Positions 41,385-51,380 of a stretch of DNA of 64,000 nucleotides are shown here, piece after piece; position 1 is the first letter of the stretch, and each line of letters opens with the position of its first letter. Under the pieces are notes generated by a model. That model made no database searches, was not told the DNA's origin, and saw only the letters and a list, made by a program, of their open reading frames with translations. The position numbers and the translations under genes were made by a program. The stretch comes from Theionarchaea archaeon (GTDB lineage: Archaea; Methanobacteriota_B; Thermococci; Methanofastidiosales; SZ-28-30): positions 224,001-288,000 of the forward strand of contig JACVGT010000018.1 in NCBI GenBank assembly GCA_018992685.1, written 5' to 3'.

Positions 41385-41957
41385 ATGAATGTGAAAGGGA
41401 CTCAAACGGAAAAGAATGTGCTTATCGCCTTCGCTGGCGAATCTCAAGCACGCAATCGCTACACCTTCTTTGCCTCTCAGGCAAAGAAAGAAGGATATGA
41501 ACAGATCAATAACATTTTTCTGGAGACTGCAGATAACGAGAAAGAGCATGCAAAAAGGCTGTTCAAGTTCTTGGAAGGCGGAGAGGTGGAAATTAGTGCC
41601 TCATATCCGGCCGGAATTATTGGCAGCACCAAGGAGAACTTGAAAGCAGCAGCAGAGGGAGAGCATCACGAATACACCACCATGTACCCTCAGTTCGCTG
41701 ATATTGCCCAGAAAGAGGGGTTTCCAGAGATTGCCAATGCCATGAAATCCATAGCAGTGGCAGAAAAACAGCACGAAAAACGATATCTCGCTCTGCTTGA
41801 GAACCTGGAGAAAGGGCGGACATTCAAGAGAGGAGAGCCTGTGAAGTGGAGATGTGGGAATTGTGGATACATCCATGAAGGAACAGAGCCTCCTGAACAA
41901 TGCCCTGCCTGTGAACACAGTAAGGCATATTTTGAACTGCTTGCCGAAAATTGGTGA
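41385..41957 (+). CDS. rbr: Rubrerythrin
   Basis: AFAGESQARNRY, NEKEHAK, GEHHE..MYP, WRCGNCGY..CPAC. Confidence 0.95.
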   Translation: MNVKGTQTEKNVLIAFAGESQARNRYTFFASQAKKEGYEQINNIFLETADNEKEHAKRLFKFLEGGEVEISASYPAGIIGSTKENLKAAAEGEHHEYTTMYPQFADIAQKEGFPEIANAMKSIAVAEKQHEKRYLALLENLEKGRTFKRGEPVKWRCGNCGYIHEGTEPPEQCPACEHSKAYFELLAENW

Positions 41958-42101
41958 ATTTTTCTTTTTTTTCTTTCTTTCTTCACGAATCTCCCACTAA
42001 CTGATAAATATATTCTGGAGTATTGAGACAAATAGGCGGAATGTGTTACCAACAATTGGGTAGATTGGCAACTTTTTTATAGGGCTTCTTGAAAGGGTAA
42101 T

Positions 42102-42965
42102 ATGCACCTTCGAGATTGGTATGACCTGACCAGACTGGATCATGGAATTCTGTGGGGGGCTGCTGTGGTGGTGGGAGAAATTCTGGCATACAGAGGGTTC
42201 CCGCCTCTGCAATACATCATTCTTGGATTTTTCGCTCCACTTCTTGTGGAAATCGGTGTGTTCTCTTTGAATGATTACATGGATAGAGAAAGTGATATTC
42301 TAAATAATCGGGTCGATCGGCCTCTTGTTCGTGGCGCAATCCCCCGGCAGTACCCACTATATATCGCAGTGGTGATGCTGCCTGGAGCAGTAATTCTGGG
42401 ATTCGTTTCCAGTCTCGCAATTCCTTTTGTTCTGGTGATCTTGTTTTCAGCACTAGGTGTTCTTTACAATGTAAAATTGAAAGGAGTACCTTGCGTCAAG
42501 AACTGTATCATGGGTGTGTGCATAGCAGCACCCCTGCTGGGAGGAAACCTGATCGTAGAGGATGAGATTCTTCCCGTGGTTGCCCTCTTTGCTACTGCAG
42601 CCTTCTTATTGGGAACTGGAAGAGAAATACTGAAGGACATGATGGACACTGCAGGAGACCAGGCTACAGGGTGTAAGACGCTCCCCCTGATGGTCGGTTC
42701 GAAAAACTCAGCCAGAATCGTCTTCTCGCTCTTCCTGGTGTCATGCATTATAATCCTGGTTCCATATGCTTATCCTCTTGACAGTCTCTATTTCCATGAC
42801 ACCGTGTACCTGATTTCTGCCTGCGCAACGTGTGGGCTCACGATCTATTGTGCACGATCTATTATGAAGGACTGGTCCAGATCCAGTGTAGCCATATTGA
42901 GAAAAAGGACATTTCACATCCTTGAACTGGGTGTTCTTACCTTCCTGGTGGGAGTGCTCTTCTGA
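42102..42965 (+). CDS. UbiA-family prenyltransferase, probable digeranylgeranylglyceryl phosphate synthase
   Basis: NDYMDRESD..NRVDRPL.RG and REILKDMMD..GD..TLP; multi-TM. Confidence 0.85.
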   Translation: MHLRDWYDLTRLDHGILWGAAVVVGEILAYRGFPPLQYIILGFFAPLLVEIGVFSLNDYMDRESDILNNRVDRPLVRGAIPRQYPLYIAVVMLPGAVILGFVSSLAIPFVLVILFSALGVLYNVKLKGVPCVKNCIMGVCIAAPLLGGNLIVEDEILPVVALFATAAFLLGTGREILKDMMDTAGDQATGCKTLPLMVGSKNSARIVFSLFLVSCIIILVPYAYPLDSLYFHDTVYLISACATCGLTIYCARSIMKDWSRSSVAILRKRTFHILELGVLTFLVGVLF

Positions 42966-42967
42966 GA

Positions 42968-43846
42968 TCACTCATTTCTGATTCGTTTTAATTTGGTGAT
43001 CATTACCACCCCGATCAAGGAGATACAGGACAGCATGATAAAGTACACATAATATCGAGACAGCGGAGGCTGGACAGAAGCTGCATTGACGTGGACCTTT
43101 CTTACCTCAAAAGCAGAATAATCGGGCTTGATGACTTCAATCGGCTTCTCCTTCTCTTCAATGAGAATTCTCACCAGAAATGTTTTTTCATATTCTCTCC
43201 CGAACCGATCTTCGTACGTTATCCTGACAGACCCTGTGTATTCTCCCGGATCTCCGTACACCAGGATTTCCTTGGATCCCCTGGTGAGCAGGTAGCCTAT
43301 ATAACTCTCATATTGCAGCTTGAGATCAGACATGATTTCAAACTGAAAATCAATGGCAACCTCATCAGAGTTCTTGAATCCAATAGTCGTTCTGTTGTCC
43401 ACAACAACCAGGGTGCCAGATTCCAAACTGATGGATGGTTCTCCATTCTTGATTCTGATATTGTAACTCTTCTTGTCCTCAAGCGTCTGACATACCCCGC
43501 CCTGACACGTCTTCGAGGTCACCAGACACGTGTACGATATGGTAACTGGGTATTCCCCATCTTCAAGGGACCTGCAATGGAATGTAAAACTCACAGTCTG
43601 CGAACCATAGGGAATGCTCTCAATCCGTGCCTTTTTGCTGTAGAACATGAGGTCAGTGCTGCTGACGCGTACTTCAATTCCTTCCACCATCTGTCCTGAG
43701 TTGTTGGTAAAGGTCACATTCATTGTTCCCTTGTCCTGCGATTCATACACTGCCTTGTCTGTCGCTACCTTGAGTGTAAGAATGTCTTCTGCCAGCACTG
43801 GTCCGAGAGATCCTAGAATCAGGATCACCAGAAGGAACCACCTCAT
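42968..43846 (-). CDS. Secreted/surface protein with Ig-like (CARDB-like) domains and C-terminal TM
   Basis: Signal peptide MRWFLLV..., beta-rich domains, YEDRFGREY, C-terminal hydrophobic segment plus basic tail. Confidence 0.65.
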   Translation of the reverse strand: MRWFLLVILILGSLGPVLAEDILTLKVATDKAVYESQDKGTMNVTFTNNSGQMVEGIEVRVSSTDLMFYSKKARIESIPYGSQTVSFTFHCRSLEDGEYPVTISYTCLVTSKTCQGGVCQTLEDKKSYNIRIKNGEPSISLESGTLVVVDNRTTIGFKNSDEVAIDFQFEIMSDLKLQYESYIGYLLTRGSKEILVYGDPGEYTGSVRITYEDRFGREYEKTFLVRILIEEKEKPIEVIKPDYSAFEVRKVHVNAASVQPPLSRYYVYFIMLSCISLIGVVMITKLKRIRNE

Positions 43847-43967
43847 ATTGATGGAATGGGACCCTTGGTTTAAAAGACTTGTGGTCATGATTAAAAGGTC
43901 GAATTTGCGGTTTCCTTAGAAATCAAACACCGCAAGTCTGACATGGACAAGGAGGATAAATGGTTTC

Positions 43968-44126
43968 CTAGCGAGATTCCGACCACGGAAATATCTTTCT
44001 GACCAGCCATACAATAAATGCAGGGACAGCTCCCCCATGGGCCCCAGTAAGTACTATGGGCATAATGTTGAGAATCTGTTCCTCCTCTTTTTGTTTGGAA
44101 GCAGATCGCGTCTTTTCAGACTGCAC
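43968..44126 (-). CDS. Small hypothetical protein, 52 aa, with C-terminal hydrophobic segment
   Basis: GTG 5 nt after SD GAGGTGA, directly downstream of the basic-peptide ORF. Confidence 0.5.
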   Translation of the reverse strand: MQSEKTRSASKQKEEEQILNIMPIVLTGAHGGAVPAFIVWLVRKIFPWSESR

Positions 44127-44137
44127 TAAAATCACCT

Positions 44138-44266
44138 CTATTCTTTTCTGGATTTCCTCTTCAGCCGGATTTTCTTCTTCACTCGAACCCACTTTTTCTT
44201 GGGCCTGACCTTTACATTGGGTGATTTCCTGAAAGGTCTGCGTTTTCTGTCCTTTCGTGATCCCAT
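44138..44266 (-). CDS. Highly basic 42-aa peptide, eL41-like ribosomal protein candidate (not in ORF track)
   Basis: MGSRKDRKRRPFRKSPNVKVRPKKKWVRVKKKIRLKRKSRKE; TATA (TTTATAT) just upstream. Confidence 0.6.
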   Translation of the reverse strand: MGSRKDRKRRPFRKSPNVKVRPKKKWVRVKKKIRLKRKSRKE

Positions 44267-44684
44267 GAACCCCCTTTTCTCGAAACCATATAAAGGTTAT
44301 GTAGACCTTTTCCAAAGGAGTTATATCGACTCACCCGATTGCAACCCAATAATAGAGAAGGATAGAAACGATTTGAGGAAATTACAACGATAGCAAGAAA
44401 AAACAATTTTGCAGAGCTTTACTTTCTGATTCAACCTATCTGCACGGAGATTTTCATCGTTCCATCAGTTGACGTGATGAGGGTTACACGCATGATGCCT
44501 TCAAGTCAAGGGCTAATCCATCTCGGCTGCTCCTGCTGCAATGATTCAGCATATTCTTCTGATTTTCAACGATCTCTCGTCTCTTGCCTGCTGGATTCTG
44601 GCAAATCAGTGGCGATTCTTTAATCGTCCTGAAACGTATGCAGGATGTAACTCAGAAGAAGCCTGAAATCTAATTATCCATCAC

Positions 44685-45158
44685 CTATTGCTGCTTTGCA
44701 GAGATTTCTGTCCTGCGGTTAAAGAAATCTTCCCTAAATTTCTTTGCCCTTTTGATTTCGGCAACAAATGATTCATCAGGAAAGAACCCAGACGATTTCG
44801 CTTCTGCATTTCTCGCCTCAGTCATCATCTCAGACAGTTTCACAGGCTCAAGAAGTAGATACTCACCATTGATGTCCTTGGCTATCTTCATTTCTGTTTC
44901 TGTGAAAGATCTCTGTTCCACCTCGAATCGTTCAATTTCCTGGTAGAGCATGTTATCTAGCGAACTGTCTCCCTTGATGCTATAGTAGCCTATCAAGATC
45001 CCATTCTCAAATAGAAGGAATGAGATGTTCCAGGCTGTTCCTCTTTCAAAAAAGCGTATAACACCAGAGAACTCAGAATTCACCTTGGACAGATAGTCCA
45101 GAGGTTGAGCGTGTTCCCACTCTTCAGTGCTCTCTAGCTTTCCTCGGGGCAAGTTCAT
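44685..45158 (-). CDS. DUF2226-like (PATAN-related) protein
   Basis: MNLPRG...FSGVIRF...LLFENGILIG...G..L...E.KIAKDIN pattern; SD AGGTG. Confidence 0.55.
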   Translation of the reverse strand: MNLPRGKLESTEEWEHAQPLDYLSKVNSEFSGVIRFFERGTAWNISFLLFENGILIGYYSIKGDSSLDNMLYQEIERFEVEQRSFTETEMKIAKDINGEYLLLEPVKLSEMMTEARNAEAKSSGFFPDESFVAEIKRAKKFREDFFNRRTEISAKQQ

Positions 45159-45576
45159 GTCAACACCTTTCAGATTGAGAATTGATGTCACAAATTCATT
45201 GAAAGAGAACTTTATAAAGATATGTGTTAATATAAATCTTAACTGCGAGAGTGTATCTTAATCGTTGCCCTCTTTAGAAAATCGATCCATTTTGGAAAGC
45301 CATTCTCTGATTTCCATTGACTGAAGACACGTTTCTTCACAATTCACATTTTCTCTCATGGATCAAGATAGGAGAAATACGTATTTCAGAAAGATATACT
45401 TTCTGGACTATCCCATGGACAACCTTCCTAGATGCAAGAAGAACCTTAAAAGAAGAATGACTCAATCCTTGATTTTCGGTGGATAAATGTGCCCAGAATC
45501 CAGAATATCCACAACCCTGCTCAAGAACGCTACAGCATCAGAAAAGGATATAAGGTGTTGCTAAAATATAAAGGAA

Positions 45577-46131
45577 TTGATGTTATTGGAAAAGCTTCAA
45601 GAGACTATAAGAGGAATTAATGGTGCTTTCATCCTAACGGATGGAACAATCGCGGAAAATAATCTAAAGGAAGATTTGAAATTTATAACTTATAATATTT
45701 CATATCTGAGGCAAGCAATAACAGAGAGAAGAACCTGTGAAGGACTTCTTATTTTCGGAGAAAGATACAATTTCGTGGTATATTTCTCTCACGATAGGAC
45801 GATTGGGATTCTCCTGGATCACACTACAAACCTTCCCCTTCTCCAATATGTGGTTCGAAGAATGCTGGAATCGCCGCCTTCACCTGAAGAAGCATTTGTA
45901 CCCCCCTCTCTGGAAGATCAGATCCCGTATCTTGACAAACCAAGAGAGCAGATCTTGCCCAATGTATCTCAGTACGCACGGCAGGTACTGCAGTTCGTGG
46001 ATGGAATCCGCACCATTAGAGAAATCATTGACAAATCAAACCTTCCACCAGAGGTAGTGATGGACGTTATCCTGGCCCACAGGCGATCATCTGTGCTCCA
46101 TTACAGAGAAAAGACGGAATCATCCAGTTAG
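45577..46131 (+). CDS. Roadblock-like domain fused to a C-terminal winged-helix-like domain
   Basis: N-terminal IRGINGAFILTDG...TNLPLL (roadblock pattern); C-terminal VLQFVDGIRTIREII..S.L (wHTH pattern). Confidence 0.55.
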   Translation: MMLLEKLQETIRGINGAFILTDGTIAENNLKEDLKFITYNISYLRQAITERRTCEGLLIFGERYNFVVYFSHDRTIGILLDHTTNLPLLQYVVRRMLESPPSPEEAFVPPSLEDQIPYLDKPREQILPNVSQYARQVLQFVDGIRTIREIIDKSNLPPEVVMDVILAHRRSSVLHYREKTESSS

Positions 46132-46200
46132 AGCCAAGTGTGGTCAGGAAACACTTCTCTGGGGAATAAGGTTTAAATACCCGAAAAATCACTTTTTTCT

Positions 46201-46482
46201 ATGGTACTATTTGGAGAGGTTTTTAGAATTGGGGAAATGATTGCCCTACTCACCATGATTTTTTCCCTCTTGTTCATCTACAGAATGTGCTGGAAAAGGA
46301 AAGCCTTCCGAAAAATGGTGTTTGCATACTTTTTCTTCCTGCTTTCTGCTGGGTTTGCCGTCCTGAGAGAATACCTGTTGTATGACCTCATGAGGGAGAT
46401 AGAACACCTTTCACTGGTCATCTCATCTTCCATGTTCCTGTATATCGCCTATGTGGCGTACAAGAATCTGGGAGGTGGATGA
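46201..46482 (+). CDS. Small three-TM membrane protein
   Basis: Three hydrophobic segments; TATA upstream; stop overlaps the next gene. Confidence 0.7.
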   Translation: MVLFGEVFRIGEMIALLTMIFSLLFIYRMCWKRKAFRKMVFAYFFFLLSAGFAVLREYLLYDLMREIEHLSLVISSSMFLYIAYVAYKNLGGG

Positions 46483-47510
46483 TGGACATCCTGGTAGTCG
46501 TTCTGAAAGGTATTATTACTGTGAATTTTCTCGGGGCTCTATACTTTGGGGTGAAAAACTACAGGATGACACGGTCCTACAGCTGGCTCTTCCTGGGTCT
46601 TGCGCTGGGTTCAGCATTCACCCTCTCTCTGGTTCGATTGGTCAAGGAATTCTTTTACACAGACTTTCAGCAGTTTGAATCCGTTATTGTGGTCCTGGAA
46701 GTGATAAAAGTAAACCTGATACCTTTTGTCACGGCGTTCTTACTGGCATCTGCCATTGCCATTAGGAGAGAACGGATATCTGCTGTGATGCCCATTGGGA
46801 AGGAAGAGGAGATACGTCCCCGATGCGGGATAGAAAGGGGGATTACCTACCTGGTAACAAAGGAGACTCCCATGCAAGGATATCAGGTCTTTCTGGATCT
46901 ATTGTCTAGAGGATACCGTGGACTGCTCATATTGAGGACCCACCCAGATGAGGTGCGGAAGGAATATGATATTGATGTTCCCATTCTATGGATGAGCAGG
47001 CTTCAGGTGGGAGACAATGCAGTCTATCCTAATGTAACAGTCATTGAGCAGATAATTGAGGAATTCCTGGAATGCAAGGGAGACCACGTAGTTTTTATTG
47101 AGCGGCTGGACTATCTCATTTCCCAGCAGGGATTTGAAAAGACTCTCCAGTTCATTCAGAAACTGTCCAGCCTGGTGTATATTACCAAGTCCGTGGCCAT
47201 TGTACACATCGACTCTCTGACTATTGGTGAAAGGGAGCTGATGCTCATAGAAAAGGAAACCAGACAGTTCAAGGAGAAGGCGGAGGATCTGGAAGAAGAA
47301 CTTGCAGAGATGCTACTTTACTTCTATGAAAAAAACAGGCGGGGCAGAAAGCCCAACCTCACAGAGGTCACCCAGGATCTGGGATTGAGCAGAAACACCG
47401 CCAAGAAAAGGATGAATATGTTACGACTGAAAAGTCTCATTATCTTGAAGAAAAAAGGCAGGGAAAAGGTGGTGGAAATTACCCGATGGGGAGAGGATTT
47501 AGTCCGCTAA
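46479..47510 (+). CDS. Membrane protein with DUF835 domain and C-terminal winged HTH
   Basis: N-terminal TMs; GLLILRTHP, LWMS, VVFIERLDYLI..GFE..L.FI (DUF835 pattern); NLTEVTQDLGLSRNTAKKR...ITRWG (wHTH). Confidence 0.75.
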   Translation: MMDILVVVLKGIITVNFLGALYFGVKNYRMTRSYSWLFLGLALGSAFTLSLVRLVKEFFYTDFQQFESVIVVLEVIKVNLIPFVTAFLLASAIAIRRERISAVMPIGKEEEIRPRCGIERGITYLVTKETPMQGYQVFLDLLSRGYRGLLILRTHPDEVRKEYDIDVPILWMSRLQVGDNAVYPNVTVIEQIIEEFLECKGDHVVFIERLDYLISQQGFEKTLQFIQKLSSLVYITKSVAIVHIDSLTIGERELMLIEKETRQFKEKAEDLEEELAEMLLYFYEKNRRGRKPNLTEVTQDLGLSRNTAKKRMNMLRLKSLIILKKKGREKVVEITRWGEDLVR

Positions 47511-47665
47511 TTGTATTTGACAATAGTTGACAGGTTGTGACACTTTTTTTCACACAATCCACTTAAGCAGTGATCACAAGATGCAGGTAATGCAACAGAA
47601 CAGAAAACTGCCGCAGTTTGCAGGATATGAATCTGGCGATTCGATTGCGGGAAAAGGTGGTTCTC

Positions 47666-47818
47666 ATGTGGATTGCAGTTAGGGTAGGTGAGGATACTGT
47701 CTTGTTCAATAGTGGCAGTGAAGAAACTCTGTCTTGGCTCAAAGAAACTCATGGGATTGGCCAGACAAGGGAAGAAGCAATCATTGATCTGGAAAGGAGG
47801 TTATCTCACGAAAAGTAG
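47666..47818 (+). CDS. Small hypothetical protein preceding pstS
   Basis: ATG after SD AGGTGG; 50 aa; GIGQTREEAI motif; stop overlaps the pstS start region. Confidence 0.45.
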   Translation: MWIAVRVGEDTVLFNSGSEETLSWLKETHGIGQTREEAIIDLERRLSHEK

Positions 47819-48752
47819 AACAGCAAGAATCTTCTCTTCAGTAGTTGTGATAGCTGCTTTGGTTTCGTCGTGCTGTATTACGCAAGAGAGTGAAACCATA
47901 AATGTCTCAGGTGCATGGGCTTTGTATCCGCTCATGGTTAAATGGTCAGAAGAATATACCAAGCTCCATCCTGACATAAGGATAGATGTCTCTGCGGGAG
48001 GAGCTGGGAAAGGGATGGCAGATGTTTTGGGAGGCCTGGTTGATATTGGAATGGTATCAAGAGAGATATATCCTGAAGAAATCGAGAAAGGGGCCTTCTG
48101 GATTGCCGTGGCAAAAGATGCTGTTGTTCCAGTTTTCAACAAGGACAACCCCTACGCTGAGGATATTCTCAATCATGGAGTTAGCCGTCAGGTGTTCACA
48201 GACATTTTCATAACAGGAAAGGTAACAACCTGGGGAGAAGTTCTCGGAAAGCCTGAAATCACAGAGAAACTTCATGTTTATACCCGCAGTGATGCCTGTG
48301 GGGCTGCTCAAACCTGGGCCCAGTATCTGGGATTTGCCCAAGAAGACTTGCTGGGAGTTGGTGTGTATGGTGATCCGGGGATTGTGGAAGCAGTGGGCAG
48401 CGATGAGGTTGGCATTGGGTACGGAAATCTGAACTTTGTATATGATGCGAGCACAGGTGTACCCTCACCGGGAGTATTTGCACTGCCCCTTGATCTCGAT
48501 GGGAATGGTGCAATTGAATCCCGCGAGAGGGTGTATGACACGAAATCTGATGTCATTGTGGCCATTGAGCAGGGAATCTACCCCTCACCGCCAGCACGGG
48601 CACTGCATCTGGTGACCAAAGGGTCTCCTGAAGGTGTAGTGAAAGAGTTCATGATATGGATTCTCACCGAAGGACAACAATATGTGTCTGAAACCGGGTA
48701 CATAGGGTTGGGGGAAAGGATCCAGGAGGAACTCAAGAACCTGGAGGGATAA
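47808..48752 (+). CDS. pstS: Phosphate ABC transporter substrate-binding lipoprotein (probable ACG start)
   Basis: SGAWALYP, GGAGKG, DIGMVSR, IGY; lipobox SSCC; first gene of pstCAB. Confidence 0.9.
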   Translation, partial: TKSRTARIFSSVVVIAALVSSCCITQESETINVSGAWALYPLMVKWSEEYTKLHPDIRIDVSAGGAGKGMADVLGGLVDIGMVSREIYPEEIEKGAFWIAVAKDAVVPVFNKDNPYAEDILNHGVSRQVFTDIFITGKVTTWGEVLGKPEITEKLHVYTRSDACGAAQTWAQYLGFAQEDLLGVGVYGDPGIVEAVGSDEVGIGYGNLNFVYDASTGVPSPGVFALPLDLDGNGAIESRERVYDTKSDVIVAIEQGIYPSPPARALHLVTKGSPEGVVKEFMIWILTEGQQYVSETGYIGLGERIQEELKNLEG

Positions 48753-48753
48753 C

Positions 48754-49632
48754 GTGAGGGTGAGGAAGGTCATCGACGGGGTTTCTGAAAAGGTGATGTG
48801 CTCTGTCACCGCTGCTGTCTCATTCCTGGTGGTACTTATTGCAGCAGGACTCTATCTCAAAGCACGACCCATCATGGAGATTACCCCAATAAAGGAGTTA
48901 CTGACCTCCTCATCTTGGCATCCTCTCAAGGGCGAATTTGGATTCTACCCTTTCTTGATGGGCACCTTCTGGGTAACATTCCTGGCCATGATCTTTGCCA
49001 TTCCTATCTGCTTGTTGTGCTCAATCTATATATCAGAATATGCACCCCGGAAGATGAGAGATGTAATAAAGCCGTTGATTGATCTTCTAGCGGGAATACC
49101 GTCTGTGGTGTATGGAGTGTTTGGTGTTCTGGCAGTGGTCCCCCTCATACGGGATACTGCCCACAGGATCAACATTTCCACCACAGGATATTCAGTTCTG
49201 GCAGGTGGAATTGTTCTTGCCATCATGGTGTTTCCTATTATAATATCTGTATCTGTGGAGGTGATTCAAAGTGTGCCCTATGAGGCACGAGAATCGTCTC
49301 TTTCGCTGGGAGCTACTCAATGGCAAACAGTGAAGAAGGTAGTGCTCAAGAAAGCTTTCCCGGGAATTGTAGCAGCCATTATACTGGGGTTTTCGCGGGC
49401 TTTCGGGGAGACTATGGCAGTTTTGATGGTAGTGGGGAACGTTCCTCAAGTTCCCCACTCCATTTTTGAAGAAGCATATCCTCTCACTGCCTTGATCGCC
49501 AACAACTACGGCGAAATGCTGTCTGTTCCACTCTATGATTCAGCCCTGTTGCTTGGTGCTCTCATTTTACTTCTTATAGTACTGCTGTTCAGCATGGCAG
49601 CCAGGCTCATACTCATGAGGGGGGGTAGATAG
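48754..49632 (+). CDS. pstC: Phosphate ABC transporter permease
   Basis: LLAGIPSVVYG, SRAFGETMAV.MVVGN. Confidence 0.93.
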   Translation: MRVRKVIDGVSEKVMCSVTAAVSFLVVLIAAGLYLKARPIMEITPIKELLTSSSWHPLKGEFGFYPFLMGTFWVTFLAMIFAIPICLLCSIYISEYAPRKMRDVIKPLIDLLAGIPSVVYGVFGVLAVVPLIRDTAHRINISTTGYSVLAGGIVLAIMVFPIIISVSVEVIQSVPYEARESSLSLGATQWQTVKKVVLKKAFPGIVAAIILGFSRAFGETMAVLMVVGNVPQVPHSIFEEAYPLTALIANNYGEMLSVPLYDSALLLGALILLLIVLLFSMAARLILMRGGR

Positions 49633-50480
49633 TGAACCTGCGTCACGTTGAAGAGAGATGCTTCAAGGTGCTCATGATAGCTGCCACCTTCATCATTCTG
49701 GGGAGTCTCTTTGCTGTAATCGGTGTGATCCTGGTAAAGGGAGCTGGAGCCTTAAGCCTCTCAATGATCACCCAGACTTCCAAAGGCGGGTACTACCTGG
49801 GCAAGGAAGGAGGTGTTCTCAACGCCATTGTGGGTTCTCTGTACCTCGCTTTTGGTGCCACTGCAACTTCTCTCTTGGTTTCTCTCCCAATTGCCTTCTG
49901 TCTGCAGAGAGAGTATGTGAAGGCACGCACAGCAAATGTGGTTCGCTTATCTCTAGATGTCCTGTGGGGCGTTCCTTCAATTATATATGGTGTATTCGGG
50001 TTCACCATTATGCTCTTGTTGGGATTGAGAGCCTCGCTTCTGGGAGGTATCGTGGCTCTGACCCTCCTGGAATTGCCCATCATGGTGAGAGCCATCGATG
50101 AGGTTCTGCAGATGGTTCCCAGAGAGCTGAAAGAAGCCTCCTACACCTTGGGGGCTACCCGGTACGAAACCATGTTTAAAGTCGTTACCAGACAGATACT
50201 GCCTGGCATCATCAGTGCCATTATCCTGGCCTTTGGAAGAGGCATTGGAGACGCAGCCTCAATCCTGTTCACTGCGGGGTACACTGATCACATTCCGAGT
50301 TCGTTGCTTGACCCTGTGGCTTCCTTGCCACTTGCCGTCTTCTTCCAGATGGGCACTCCCTTCCCGGAGGTCCAGGAACGTGCATACGCTTCTGCACTGA
50401 TTCTTCTGATCATCGTTCTTCTCTTGACTGTATCATCCCGTCTTTTCAGTAGAAGATTCGCAAAATTCGTGATAAGGTGA
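49632..50480 (+). CDS. pstA: Phosphate ABC transporter permease
   Basis: GGVLNAIVGS, GVPSIIYG, EASYTLGAT. Confidence 0.9.
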   Translation: MNLRHVEERCFKVLMIAATFIILGSLFAVIGVILVKGAGALSLSMITQTSKGGYYLGKEGGVLNAIVGSLYLAFGATATSLLVSLPIAFCLQREYVKARTANVVRLSLDVLWGVPSIIYGVFGFTIMLLLGLRASLLGGIVALTLLELPIMVRAIDEVLQMVPRELKEASYTLGATRYETMFKVVTRQILPGIISAIILAFGRGIGDAASILFTAGYTDHIPSSLLDPVASLPLAVFFQMGTPFPEVQERAYASALILLIIVLLLTVSSRLFSRRFAKFVIR

Positions 50481-50481
50481 T

Positions 50482-51240
50482 ATGATGTACCACATAACTA
50501 TCAAGGGATTGAATGTCTCATATGGAAATCATCACGTTCTCAAGAACGTCAGCCTGGAAATTCCTCGCAACAAGATAACGGTCATCATTGGCCCTTCTGG
50601 ATGTGGAAAGACAACGCTCTTGAAAAGTCTCAATCGACTGCTGGAACTGCAAGAAGGAGTCCGGATATCTGGATCTGTATTGGTGGATGATGAATCAGTG
50701 TATGATCCCAAAGTTGATGTAACAGAACTGCGAAAGAAAATGGGACTGCTTTCTCAAAGACCATATCCTCTCCCCATGTCTATTTTCGATAATGTGGCCT
50801 ATGGTCCTCGTATTCACGGGACAAGAAAAAGGAAGAAACTGAATGAAATTGTAGAAAAGAACTTGAGAGCTGCTGGACTGTGGGAAGAAGTGAAAGACAG
50901 GCTCAAAAGTCCTGCGGCTTCCCTGTCCATTGGGCAGCAGCAACGGCTGTGCCTGGCAAGGTGCCTGGCAGTTTCCCCCGAAATCATCTTGTGTGATGAA
51001 CCAACCTCTGCTCTGGACCCTTTTTCTGCCCAGAAAATCGAGGAAACCCTGTCCGAATTGAAAACTGACTATACCATCGTCGTGGTGACTCATAATCTGA
51101 GGAGAGCTCGCAGATTGGCTGATTATGTGGGATTCATCTTCCTCGGAGAGTTGATTGAACACGGGGGGAAGAAGGACATATTCGAGAACCCAAAAGACGA
51201 AAGAACCAGACGATACATCTCTGGGGAAAGCTACCTGTGA
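50482..51240 (+). CDS. pstB: Phosphate ABC transporter ATPase
   Basis: GPSGCGKTT, SIFDNVAYG, LSIGQQQRLCLAR, DEPTSALDP. Confidence 0.95.
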   Translation: MMYHITIKGLNVSYGNHHVLKNVSLEIPRNKITVIIGPSGCGKTTLLKSLNRLLELQEGVRISGSVLVDDESVYDPKVDVTELRKKMGLLSQRPYPLPMSIFDNVAYGPRIHGTRKRKKLNEIVEKNLRAAGLWEEVKDRLKSPAASLSIGQQQRLCLARCLAVSPEIILCDEPTSALDPFSAQKIEETLSELKTDYTIVVVTHNLRRARRLADYVGFIFLGELIEHGGKKDIFENPKDERTRRYISGESYL

Positions 51241-51380
51241 AGGATTCCTGGAATTCATGCTGCCTGTGAATTCTCAATCTTTCTGGTGCAGCAACGTAAG
51301 AAATGTCCAAGGAAAACTATTTAAGGCGATTTGTATGGGAAGTGGTAGACCCCAACGTCTAATCAATGAGGAGGATTACT

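Noticed and set aside
47666-47818. HicB antitoxin call from the GQTREEAI motif
   Set aside because: The motif is too short and there is no HicA partner; kept only as hypothetical.
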